Assembly (NCBI GenBank): GCA_946186925.1 | Contig: CAMHPA010000008.1 | Location: forward strand, 6,028-70,027 | Reading direction: 5' to 3' | DNA: 64,000 nucleotides | DNA from: an uncultured Bacteroidota bacterium | GTDB lineage: Bacteria; Bacteroidota; Bacteroidia; Bacteroidales; SZUA-534 | Part shown: positions 1-8,914 of the stretch, piece by piece | Layout of the letters: every line of letters starts with the position of its first letter | Numbering within the stretch: position 1 is the first letter of the stretch | Made by a program: the position numbers and the translations under genes | Notes under the pieces: generated by a model | Told to the model about the DNA's origin: nothing | Seen by the model: only the letters and a program-made list of their open reading frames with translations | The model's database searches: none

Positions 1-1993
1 CTGAGGCTTGCGCCTTATTACCGAAGGCATAGGCGTTATTGGAAAGGGCTTTGGCCTCGCGGCCAATGGCTGTGGTATAATTGCCTTTGGCAACCGATTG
101 ATAGCCCATAGCTTGCGAATATTCGCCAATAGCCTTGTTCTGATAGCCTGCGCTGAACGAGTTGGTGCCAACGCTGTCGGGATGCTCAACTTTCAGGTTT
201 CCAGCCATAAAAGCGTTCTTTTCGGGATACCAGTAGATGCGGTTCTCGTTGTTTATCACTTTGGCATCAGTTGATAGATCGATATTGAAAAGGTTGCTTG
301 CTGTGCCTTTCGAACCATTGCGGCCGGTAACGGCAAAACCGCCAGCCACTGCGCCTTCTTTGGCGCTTGCTCCGTCATGTTCACTGACGGCAAATCCTTT
401 GGTGCTACCTGCACCGTCAATATAGAAGCGGGTGCTGTCGGTGTTGATGGTGAGGTATTCGGCTGCATCACCTTTGGTGGCTGAACGGCCGGTAACCACA
501 AAACCGCTGCGGCGAGCGGCTTTTGAATCATTATTGTCGTCGAAATTAACGATTGTACCGTCGGTGGCCACTTTCAGATAGTTGGTGTTGTCGTCTTTGG
601 AGCCAGAGCGGCCGGTGACTACGAAACCGCTACGACGGGCTGCTTTATCGTTCTCAAGCTCATCATCAATAAAGAATTTGGTTCCTTCATTGTTGATGGT
701 GAGGAAATTAGTGTTCTCACCATCTTTGGAGTCAGAGCGGCCGGTCACTACAAAGCCTGAACGGCGGGCGGCCTTTGTGGCATGATCGTCAACAAAGACT
801 TTGGTTCCGTCGGCGTTGATGGCGAAGTAATCCTGCTCCTCACCATCTTTGGTGGTCGAGCGGCCGGTTACAACGAAACCTGAGCGGCGGGCAGCCTTTG
901 TGTCGTCGGCGTCAACGTATACGTGTACGCCGTCGGGGTAGACGGCAAAAACAGCGTTTCCGTCTTTGTCTTTCACCTCAAACAGTGCATCTTCGGTGGT
1001 GGTCGAAGGCTTCACGTCGAGTTTGTTGAGCGACAGCTGGTCGGTGGCAACCCATGTGGTGCCGTTGTGCACCAAGGTCTGACCTTTGCTGCCTTTCACC
1101 TGCATTCCGTCGCGGCCCTGGTCGCCACGGTCTCCTTTAAGGTAGAATGTATTCATTGAATTATCGGTCATGGTGAAAGTCACAAAACCGTCGTTTTCAG
1201 AAACGTTGGCAATGCCGATGCCTTCCGGGCCGTCGGCGCCGGCGGGTGCTGTAAACTCAACCCAGTTGGTGGGGTCGTTTTTGGGCTGTGTGGCTGATGT
1301 TACGGTGTTCTGCGCTATCCACATCGAGTTTATATTGTCGTTATCTTTGCTTGGCGCGAAAACGTAGTCTCCGATGCTGTATGTTGTTTCGGCATTCCAT
1401 CCACCTCGGTTGGTGAGGCCTGTGCCGGCGTCACCCTTGTCGCCTTTGTCACCCTTTGGGCCTTGGGCTCCGGTTACGCCTTTGTCACCTTTATCGCCCT
1501 TGTCGCCCTTGTCGCCTTTCGGACCAACCTCGCCTTTGTCACCTTTGTCACCTTTATCGCCTTTGGGTCCCTGGTCGCCGCGTATACCGTTGCTGTTTGC
1601 CGCAAAATATGCGTACGGAACCGACTGCAGCTTGGTCAGCCCCATGTCGGTGTAGCTGGTGCCGCCGTTGGCGTCCATCTCAACACGCATCCACACGTTG
1701 CCGCTGGCCCAGTCGACGCTGTCTATTGTCTGGTTGCTGGCTGGCACGCCCGCGCCCACTGTCACCGACAAAACACCAAATGCGTTGGTGGTGGCGGTAT
1801 GCGTCTCTTGGTACATAACCTGTGCACCGGTCTGGTCGGTGAGCGTTATGCGAAGGCTCACACTGGAGTTGCTCACAAGCTCGCCCTGAGTGTTACGCAC
1901 CACGGCTTGGTAATTGAAGCCGTCGGTTTGCGCCATGGCTGTCATTGTGGCCACGGTGACGGCAATTGCTAGAAGTAAATTTTTGATTCTCAT
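1..1993 (-). CDS. Large secreted collagen-like/YadA-head-repeat fibre or adhesin, 3' end beyond window edge
   Basis: Not in the ORF track because there is no stop in the window. Hand translation from ATG 1993 gives a signal peptide (MRIKNLLLAIAVTVATMTAMAQ), a GFNYQAVVRN...LQSVPYAYFA N-domain, 19 Gly-X-Y triplets, 4x KAARRSGFVVTGRS, then 14-aa periodic repeats (GTNSFSAGYQNKAIGEYSQAMGYQSVAKGNYTTAIG). The frame is open to position 2. Confidence 0.85.
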   Translation of the reverse strand, partial: MRIKNLLLAIAVTVATMTAMAQTDGFNYQAVVRNTQGELVSNSSVSLRITLTDQTGAQVMYQETHTATTNAFGVLSVTVGAGVPASNQTIDSVDWASGNVWMRVEMDANGGTSYTDMGLTKLQSVPYAYFAANSNGIRGDQGPKGDKGDKGDKGEVGPKGDKGDKGDKGDKGVTGAQGPKGDKGDKGDAGTGLTNRGGWNAETTYSIGDYVFAPSKDNDNINSMWIAQNTVTSATQPKNDPTNWVEFTAPAGADGPEGIGIANVSENDGFVTFTMTDNSMNTFYLKGDRGDQGRDGMQVKGSKGQTLVHNGTTWVATDQLSLNKLDVKPSTTTEDALFEVKDKDGNAVFAVYPDGVHVYVDADDTKAARRSGFVVTGRSTTKDGEEQDYFAINADGTKVFVDDHATKAARRSGFVVTGRSDSKDGENTNFLTINNEGTKFFIDDELENDKAARRSGFVVTGRSGSKDDNTNYLKVATDGTIVNFDDNNDSKAARRSGFVVTGRSATKGDAAEYLTINTDSTRFYIDGAGSTKGFAVSEHDGASAKEGAVAGGFAVTGRNGSKGTASNLFNIDLSTDAKVINNENRIYWYPEKNAFMAGNLKVEHPDSVGTNSFSAGYQNKAIGEYSQAMGYQSVAKGNYTTAIGREAKALSNNAYAFGNKAQAS
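482..898 (-). repeat. Four intragenic 41-43 aa repeats with invariant core KAARRSGFVVTGRS
   Basis: Cores at 857-898, 734-775, 605-646 and 482-523; degenerate fifth copy GGFAVTGRNG at 314-343. Confidence 0.9.
1418..1588 (-). repeat. Collagen-like Gly-X-Y repeat, 19 triplets, mostly GDK
   Basis: GIR GDQ GPK GDK GDK GDK GEV GPK GDK GDK GDK GDK GVT GAQ GPK GDK GDK GDA GTG; 9-bp periodicity in the DNA. Confidence 0.9.
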
Positions 1994-2265
1994 GCTTTTT
2001 TTGTAGATTAATTAATGGTTGTTATGAAAAAAAATAAAGTTAAGGCTTATTACTTTTCACCGCAATGTTCGCAAACGTGAAAAAAGTAGAGTTTGTTTGA
2101 ATGTTTTTAGATATAATGCAAAATAGCAATGTGTTGATATTTAATGAAATACAATTATCAATAAATCCTTTTCCGATAAAATGGGTAAAAAATTGATTTT
2201 TCTAAATACAAATTTATAAAAATTTAAAATACTGAGCAATAAGTGTACATCTAATTTAATTTTTT

Positions 2266-4233
2266 TTATTTCAGTCCCTTCTTAAAGTTGAACGTCGAAG
2301 TACCCTGTATGCCTTCCGAGGTGGCAGGAAGTTTTATTATATGGGCGAGATGGTTGTTGTCGGCTGGCTCAAATGTTAGGTCGATAAGGAATCGACAGAA
2401 TCCCTTTGCGCGTAATTTGTTGGCATACTGAGTGATGCAAACGGGTTGCTCGGGAAGGATGATTGTGAGCCCGTTCAAGCGCTGGCGGATATAATGGTTT
2501 TTGCGCTCGTCGGCGAATAGGTTGTTTGTCAGTGTAACAGGCATTCGCGAAGTGAACAGGCGCGGGCGGAAATAGACGGGAATTGCAGTCTCGCGGCACG
2601 CTCCGGTGAGCAGGTTCTCATATTCGTTCTCGACTGGGCTGCAAAACCACTCGACGCCTTGTTGCTTAAGCCACAGCACGGCTGCGTCGTTGTATGCGTA
2701 AACCGTCTCGTTGGTTGCAAAACGGCTATGTGGTGGCAGCATTGCCTGCTGCGACAAGTGGCTCAAAACGAACCGGTTAATTTTTTTTTGTGTTAATCCG
2801 GCGCACATTTTTTCGACGCGCTCTATTTGTGTCTCACTTATAAATGGTGGTAATTCGAACCATATTTTATGCAAAATACTATTATTTATCTTGCTAGTTT
2901 CCAAAAGATTCGGCCATTCGTGCATTGGCAGCGACACTACCACTATGTCGGCTTTTTGCAGAGCAGCGCATTGCAGCCAGTCAAGGTTGCCAATGCGGAC
3001 AATGGTTGCGGATTTGGGTTTGAGTGTCAGCTGTTTGCGGATGCTGTCAAGTATATTTTTTTTTGTTGCCAGAGGCATTCGGGTCTCATGGTGGCTGGTG
3101 GTTGGCACCTCGGTGCCGAATTTCTGACTGCGGTAGGCGGTCAGGTAGATGTCGGTGCCGGCGGCGGCATTGCCTCGGAACCCTTTGGCTGTGCAGAGGC
3201 CGTCAGCAACGCGAAAATTGTCGAGCACAAAGGCGTTCTGGTCCGTGTCGGCATCGGTGCGCACGCGCAGACGGTTGCCTTTTTCGAGCTCGATGTTGGT
3301 GGTGAAAATAATTGTACCATCGTGGCAATCAGTTACTTTGCCAATCAGTAGCCCGGTGTTTGGGTTGTCGGCAATTGATTCGGCAATGCTGCGACCCATA
3401 AACCATTGCGTTTTTGGGCGGCTCAAGTCGTTGACAGAATCGGTAATATGTTTGCCATCAATTGCTTCGCGGTAGGCTTGCGCCACGGTATAGACATACT
3501 CGCCCGATTTTAGCCGTCCTTCCACCTTTAACGATGTTACGCCCATCTGCGTGAGTTCTCCGATCTTGGAAATCAACTGGTTATCCTTCATGCTGAAGAA
3601 CGTGCGCTTTTGTCCGGCGCAGTTGTAGAACCGGCGGCATGGCTGGGTGCAGAGTCCGCGGTTGGCTCCTGCGCCACCTAAATAACTGCTGAATTGACAA
3701 AGTCCTGATATTGAGTAACATAATGCACCATGAACGAACACTTCAGTCTCGATTTTGGTGCGTTGCTGTATCAGCTTCAGCTCATTGAAAGTGAGTTCGC
3801 GGGCAAGTACAACGCGCTTAAAACCAATGTGTTGGCAGTGGTTGGCGCCAACTGAGTTGTGATTGGCCATCTGCGTGCTTGCGTGCGCCACAAGTTTCGG
3901 AAAATACCGCCGCATCAAACTGAAAACACCCCAATCCTGAATAATGACTCCCGCAATCCGTTGCTCTGACAAGAATTGTAGTGTGTCAAGCAAATAGGGG
4001 AGTTCGTTGTTTTTTATGACAGTGTTGAGTGTGACGTATATTTTTACATGTTTTTGTGCGGCAAGTTGGCAAATGGCGGTAAGTTGCGAGTTTGTAAAGT
4101 TTGCAGCGCGTCCGCGCGCATTGAAAGCTTTAAGTCCTAAATATATGGCATCGGCGCCACCCTCAAATGCGGCATAAAGGCTCTCAATATTGCCTACGGG
4201 CAGCAGAAGTTCGGGTTTTGCAACCTCAGACAT
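2266..4233 (-). CDS. Peptidase U32 family Fe-S hydroxylase, long RlhA-like form (23S rRNA hydroxylation)
   Basis: PELLLPVG, GADAIYLG, HASTQM, RVVLARELT, EVFVHGALCYSISGLC, NRGLCTQPCRR, SLKVEGRLK. Start moved to ATG 4233, just after the rluD stop. Confidence 0.88.
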   Translation of the reverse strand: MSEVAKPELLLPVGNIESLYAAFEGGADAIYLGLKAFNARGRAANFTNSQLTAICQLAAQKHVKIYVTLNTVIKNNELPYLLDTLQFLSEQRIAGVIIQDWGVFSLMRRYFPKLVAHASTQMANHNSVGANHCQHIGFKRVVLARELTFNELKLIQQRTKIETEVFVHGALCYSISGLCQFSSYLGGAGANRGLCTQPCRRFYNCAGQKRTFFSMKDNQLISKIGELTQMGVTSLKVEGRLKSGEYVYTVAQAYREAIDGKHITDSVNDLSRPKTQWFMGRSIAESIADNPNTGLLIGKVTDCHDGTIIFTTNIELEKGNRLRVRTDADTDQNAFVLDNFRVADGLCTAKGFRGNAAAGTDIYLTAYRSQKFGTEVPTTSHHETRMPLATKKNILDSIRKQLTLKPKSATIVRIGNLDWLQCAALQKADIVVVSLPMHEWPNLLETSKINNSILHKIWFELPPFISETQIERVEKMCAGLTQKKINRFVLSHLSQQAMLPPHSRFATNETVYAYNDAAVLWLKQQGVEWFCSPVENEYENLLTGACRETAIPVYFRPRLFTSRMPVTLTNNLFADERKNHYIRQRLNGLTIILPEQPVCITQYANKLRAKGFCRFLIDLTFEPADNNHLAHIIKLPATSEGIQGTSTFNFKKGLK

Positions 4234-4235
4234 TG

Positions 4236-5303
4236 CTAATCCTTTGAATTTGTGTAAGTTCGCCATCTTTCAATCAGCGTTGCAAAGTTTTCGGGCAGCT
4301 CAGAGTCGAACATCATCCGCTTGCCGGTGACTGGATGGTCGAAGCCTAGCTCTTTGGCGTGCAGAGCCTGGCCAGGCAACAACGAAAAGCAATTTTCGAC
4401 AAACTGGCTGTATTTTGCGAATGTGGTGCCGCAGCGAATTTCGCGTCCACCATATTCAGGGTCGTTGAAAAGCGGGTGTCCGATGAATTTCATGTGAATG
4501 CGGATTTGGTGCGTGCGGCCCGTCTCAAGGCGGCACTCTATCAGCGTCACATAACCAAAGCGCTCGAGCACGCGGTAATGCGTTACGGCATGCTTGCCTA
4601 TGGGCGAGTCGGTTGGAAAAACATCCATAATCTGGCGGTTGCGCACGTTGCGGCCGATTTTGCCAACAATCGTCCCCTCGTCGTCGCGCAGGTCGCCCCA
4701 AACCAAAGCCACATAGCGTCGGTGCGACGAGTGATAGAAAAACTGTCTGGAAATATTGGCTTTAGCTTGCTCGGTTTTGGCCACCACCAGCAGTCCCGAA
4801 GTGTTTTTGTCAATTCGGTGCACAAGTCCGGGACGTGCGTCGCCACTGTTAAAAATGGGTAGGTTTTTATATCTGAAAGCCAATGCGTTGATGAGTGTTC
4901 CGGTGTAGTGCCCATAACTTGGGTGTACCACCATTCCGGCCGGTTTGTTCACAATGACAAAGCTATCGTCTTCATACACAATGTTTAATGGAATGTCTTC
5001 GGCCACAATCTCAATTTCGCGTGGCGGATGAGTCATCATAATCTGAATCACATCATCGGGCTTGACGCGATAGTTCGACTTTACCGGCACACCGTTCACT
5101 AAAATGCAGTTGGCATCGGCTGCGGCTTGGATTTTCGTGCGCGACGCGTTCTCAATTTTGCTTTGCAGAAATTTGTCGATGCGTAGCATTCCTTGCCCTT
5201 TGTCCACCTCAAAACGGAAGTGTTCATAGAGTTGCCCGTTTTTCTCGCCTTCTTCTGCGGCCTCGTATAGCCCGTCAATATCATCAAAATCCTCGTCGCT
5301 CAT
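4236..5303 (-). CDS. rluD: RluA-family pseudouridine synthase with S4 domain (RluD-like)
   Basis: RIDKFL S4 domain, VNKPAGMVVHP, GLVHRIDKNTSGLL (catalytic Asp), LETGRTHQIRIH, QALHAKELGF. Confidence 0.93.
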   Translation of the reverse strand: MSDEDFDDIDGLYEAAEEGEKNGQLYEHFRFEVDKGQGMLRIDKFLQSKIENASRTKIQAAADANCILVNGVPVKSNYRVKPDDVIQIMMTHPPREIEIVAEDIPLNIVYEDDSFVIVNKPAGMVVHPSYGHYTGTLINALAFRYKNLPIFNSGDARPGLVHRIDKNTSGLLVVAKTEQAKANISRQFFYHSSHRRYVALVWGDLRDDEGTIVGKIGRNVRNRQIMDVFPTDSPIGKHAVTHYRVLERFGYVTLIECRLETGRTHQIRIHMKFIGHPLFNDPEYGGREIRCGTTFAKYSQFVENCFSLLPGQALHAKELGFDHPVTGKRMMFDSELPENFATLIERWRTYTNSKD

Positions 5304-7144
5304 TGTTTTACGATTTTTTGAGTTGATGATTGGCCATTGAGTTCAATTTTTATAATGTAAATGCCTGGTTGAAGGTTCGATACGCTGATTTTATCTCCGC
5401 TTTCGCGAATCAGAGCCTGGCCGGTTGGCGAGTAAATGGTCGCGCGGCATCTGTCGTCGGCACCTGCAATGTGCAGAATATCGTTGACCGGATTCGGGTA
5501 AACATAAATATTGTTAAGTGATTCTGCCTCAAAAACTTCGGTGGTTGTAGTGCCGAAAATCGGATGCAGCATCAGCGAGCCGGTAAAGCTGGTTGGCAGC
5601 CACTCGCCGTTGGTGTTGTAGAATATCTTGCTCTGGCTGAAGCGATTAACGTCCCAGCCCACGTTGAGCCGCAAATTCGACGATTGTTGCCAGCCCACAA
5701 AAACGCTCTTGTCGACCGGTATCGGTTCGTCAAACTCGAATTGCATGAACTGATTCTGGCCTTCGCCAAAAACGGGGCGGATAACTTCTTTATTTGCAAT
5801 CATTTTACCTGGTTTGCCATTGTTGTTTTCCCAAGCGCATATTGCGAAAGCGTCAGCGGCGGCCTCAACAGGGTTTGTCGGTAGGAAGCATATGCTCAAA
5901 CCAAGCATATTATCAGCTTTGTACGGTGCGTACAGATAGGCCACTTGCGCCGAAGCCGCGTCAACACCGTAGGCGTTTTCGGCCGTACCGTCATCGTAGG
6001 CGTAATAGTTGCCAAAATGCTGGTATGTGTAGCTGCGATTGTTGCAGCCTATCAGCTCGTCTTTATCGGTATAAATCTCACATTCAAATAGATAGGTTGC
6101 ATTCTCTCGGCCGTCGTACACAATCGGATTGTCATCGTAGGCATATACTAGTTTTGTGTTGTATTCTGCATCGTAGTTGGCCGTACCCATTGTAATTGAG
6201 TCTTTTAGATAAACGTTATTGTCAACATCTTTGATGCGGATGCGCACTTCAGCCTTCATTGTGCGCTGCCAGTGGTTGCGCAGGTGGACGTTGAGGCGTG
6301 TGTTTTCGGTCTTGATGGCCGTTTCGTAGTGCGTCCAAGGAACTGCTGTGTAGTTTTTCAGCACTGTGGCGGCCGGTTCCACCAGCGCAATGTCGTAAAA
6401 TGTTGTGTCGGAGGCCGTGCGCCCGTCATTCAAATATACAAAATCAATGTTCCAGTGGTCGCAGTTGATGGTTGCCGACGGGTTGAAACTGCCCGCCAGA
6501 CTGGCGTAGTTGAAGAACCTGAACTGGAATTTGTCTGTGAAGTATTCCGCTTTCGAAATAGGCAGCATCACAAGCGCAAAACTCAAAGTATCAGGTTGAT
6601 TTGGCCGCAGGTGAAGCACGTTTTTGCGGAAAGTGTCATAATCGGTTCCGCTGGCGGCCCATAGTGTGTTCCACACGCCGTTGCCCGACGTAATCTGCAG
6701 AACAAGTGAGTCGCAGCTTTCGGGTGCGTTGCCATTGCCCTGTGGCTGATAGTAGAAGCTCAAGTATGTTGTTGTGCTGTCGGCTTGTGTGAGGTCGATG
6801 GGGTTCGATGTAAGAAAATCAGCAATATACGGCTGGCTCGAAGCGTGTTCGTAGTGCCGCCCGTCAGAGTCGATGGCGTCAAATGTGGCCACACCAACCG
6901 AGTACGGATTGACGCTGAACGAGTTGTTGATCCACACGCCGCGGTCGGTCCAAAGCTGCTGGTCGGGTTCGGCTTGGTCGTAGCTGAAATCGTCGATAAA
7001 CGGCAGTTGCAGAGTGGTAGTTGAAACAGCCTGCTGTCTGACAGTTTGGTGGCGGACAGGCACTACAGGCATTGAGAGATATTCCTGTGCCGCTAATGGT
7101 GTTGCGCCCCAAATGAGCGCGGCTATGGCAATGATTCTATTCAT
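5300..7144 (-). CDS. T9SS type A sorting-domain protein of unknown function
   Basis: Signal peptide from ATG 7144 (MNRIIAIAALIWGATPLAAQ); LQLPFIDDFSY, YYAYDDGTAE; C-terminal VYPNPVND...GIYIIKI...TQKIVKQ. Confidence 0.85.
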   Translation of the reverse strand: MNRIIAIAALIWGATPLAAQEYLSMPVVPVRHQTVRQQAVSTTTLQLPFIDDFSYDQAEPDQQLWTDRGVWINNSFSVNPYSVGVATFDAIDSDGRHYEHASSQPYIADFLTSNPIDLTQADSTTTYLSFYYQPQGNGNAPESCDSLVLQITSGNGVWNTLWAASGTDYDTFRKNVLHLRPNQPDTLSFALVMLPISKAEYFTDKFQFRFFNYASLAGSFNPSATINCDHWNIDFVYLNDGRTASDTTFYDIALVEPAATVLKNYTAVPWTHYETAIKTENTRLNVHLRNHWQRTMKAEVRIRIKDVDNNVYLKDSITMGTANYDAEYNTKLVYAYDDNPIVYDGRENATYLFECEIYTDKDELIGCNNRSYTYQHFGNYYAYDDGTAENAYGVDAASAQVAYLYAPYKADNMLGLSICFLPTNPVEAAADAFAICAWENNNGKPGKMIANKEVIRPVFGEGQNQFMQFEFDEPIPVDKSVFVGWQQSSNLRLNVGWDVNRFSQSKIFYNTNGEWLPTSFTGSLMLHPIFGTTTTEVFEAESLNNIYVYPNPVNDILHIAGADDRCRATIYSPTGQALIRESGDKISVSNLQPGIYIIKIELNGQSSTQKIVKQ

Positions 7145-7964
7145 CCAGATTGATTGATTCACCAATTTCGGTTTCGGTTCTTGAGTCGGCTTTGAGCCAG
7201 ATGTCGATGTGTCCTCCCAGAGTGGCGCGTGCCCCCGGTCCATAGTACGCAGGCTCTTGTTTGTATACCCGCGCATTCAGTGAGTCGGATGCGGTTGCTG
7301 CGTTCTCAATCGTCACTTTGCCCACGTTCAAGTAGGCGTTGTTAAGTTCGTTTACGGCTTCAAATTGCGTCATTCCATTCAAGTCAGGCAGGGGAGTGGC
7401 GTTATTGCCGTGGCCGTCGCCCAGAACAAGATCAATTCTCGAGCCCTTGTCGATGAGTGTTCCTTCCGCAATCTCCTCTCCGTTGTACATCTGCTTCAAA
7501 ATATTGTTTTTAGCAAAGTCGGGGCGGTAAATGAGCGTCCCTACATGCAGACCGTGCATTTCAAGTGTTGCCTTGCCCTGTCGGTACGACAAACCGGCTA
7601 CTTTCGGCACTGAAACTTGCGCTCTTCTAAACGCATTTGTGGTGATGAAAATTGTGCGGTCCTTTTTTACGTGCGTGCCCGGACGCGGGTTCTGGTCAAC
7701 AATGCAGCCTTTCGGCATATAATCGATGAATGTGGAGTCGATTATTTGCAACTGTAAATTCTCGTGTTTCGCAATTTGATGCGCACGACTCAGTTTCAAA
7801 CCTTTGAAATCGGGCACTGAGATTGTATGCCCGTGATGGGTGTAAATGCGTAGAAATGTCGCAAGTACAATAAACACAATCAGATAGAATCCGACAAATT
7901 TGCCAATACGGATAAGATTGCGTTTCCAAAACGCCTTGTCCTTCAGTTTCTCTATTAAATCCAT
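7137..7964 (-). CDS. PASTA-domain membrane protein (3 PASTA repeats)
   Basis: N-terminal TM helix, then VPDFKGL, VPKVAGL and LPDLNGM repeats; QNPRPG, QEPAY. Confidence 0.9.
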   Translation of the reverse strand: MDLIEKLKDKAFWKRNLIRIGKFVGFYLIVFIVLATFLRIYTHHGHTISVPDFKGLKLSRAHQIAKHENLQLQIIDSTFIDYMPKGCIVDQNPRPGTHVKKDRTIFITTNAFRRAQVSVPKVAGLSYRQGKATLEMHGLHVGTLIYRPDFAKNNILKQMYNGEEIAEGTLIDKGSRIDLVLGDGHGNNATPLPDLNGMTQFEAVNELNNAYLNVGKVTIENAATASDSLNARVYKQEPAYYGPGARATLGGHIDIWLKADSRTETEIGESINLDE

Positions 7965-7981
7965 AGTCTTTGTTTGATTTG

Positions 7982-7989
7982 CAAAGGTA
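7982..7989 (-). promoter_or_regulatory. Bacteroidota sigma-A -7 element TACCTTTG for the PASTA operon
   Basis: Matches TAnnTTTG shortly upstream of ATG 7964. Confidence 0.55.
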
Positions 7990-8100
7990 AACTATCTTTT
8001 TGAATTTATGCAGATGAGTTGGCGGTGTGATGCACATGAATATGATGTTCTTTTTTTGCAAAAAAACTTTTTGTGATGAGGCAAATGTCAAATTATATGT

Positions 8101-8108
8101 TAGATTTG
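8101..8108 (+). promoter_or_regulatory. -7 element TAGATTTG for the START gene
   Basis: Matches TAnnTTTG shortly upstream of ATG 8128. Confidence 0.55.
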
Positions 8109-8127
8109 CCGCGCTTTTGAGAAGAAT

Positions 8128-8778
8128 ATGAGGACACTGACAATTGTTTTTAAATACATCTTTTTGCTAATCAGTATTTTTATTGCAAATTTCACTTTTG
8201 CTGCTGATTCTGAATCGGAGAAAGACAGCGAGTGGGCATTGGTGACCGAAGACAAAGATTGCAACATTAAAGTGTTTGAGCGTTGGGTGTCGGTCGACAA
8301 GCAGCGTGCCCGTGAGCGTTCCGGAAAGATGATTCTCAAATGTTCACCTGAGGATATCCTCTCAATCCTATCTGATGTTCAAAAAACTGATATCTGGATG
8401 AGCAATGTTGAGGATTGCCATATTATTAGCCGCATTAGCGACGCCGAATGGTTTGTCTACACTCTGCTTGATGCGCCATGGCCCGTCGGAAAGCAGGATA
8501 TTGTAACAAAGTATGAGGTAACCAGAGAGAATGATCGTATAATTTTGAATATCAAACAACAAGGTGGCTTGGTGGCTAAGAAAAAAGGTGTTGAACGTCT
8601 TGACACGTTCAGTGCTCAATGGGAAATAGTACCGGTGAGCGAAAACACTGTTGATGTGCGGTTTACCACACAGTCAACTCAGCCGGCTAAGTATCCGCAG
8701 TGGGCACAGGATCCACTAGTGCGCAAGACTTTCCTGAACAATATGCGCAAACTCCGCCGCCACGTCAACAAAGGTTGA
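8128..8778 (+). CDS. START/SRPBCC lipid-binding domain protein with signal peptide
   Basis: WALVTEDKDCNIKVFER, WMSNV, YTLLDAPWPVGKQDIV, C-terminal PQWAQD helix. Confidence 0.75.
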   Translation: MRTLTIVFKYIFLLISIFIANFTFAADSESEKDSEWALVTEDKDCNIKVFERWVSVDKQRARERSGKMILKCSPEDILSILSDVQKTDIWMSNVEDCHIISRISDAEWFVYTLLDAPWPVGKQDIVTKYEVTRENDRIILNIKQQGGLVAKKKGVERLDTFSAQWEIVPVSENTVDVRFTTQSTQPAKYPQWAQDPLVRKTFLNNMRKLRRHVNKG

Positions 8779-8914
8779 TTCGGGCACTCGCATGGGTTGA
8801 TTAATCGTAATTTTTTTAAAAAGTTATTTTTCGTTTGTAACATAACTGCAAAATGTGTGTCTATATGTATGTAAAATGTACGTTTTTGGCATTACATACT
8901 AACACATAATTAAT

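Noticed and set aside
8-1972. Plus-strand ORFs (e.g. 1374..1655 with SPL repeats)
   Set aside because: Antisense shadows of the minus-strand collagen/adhesin gene.
2781-3064. Two A9 tracts in the U32 gene as phase-variation sites
   Set aside because: They encode Lys-rich stretches in an intact housekeeping ORF; no evidence of slippage.
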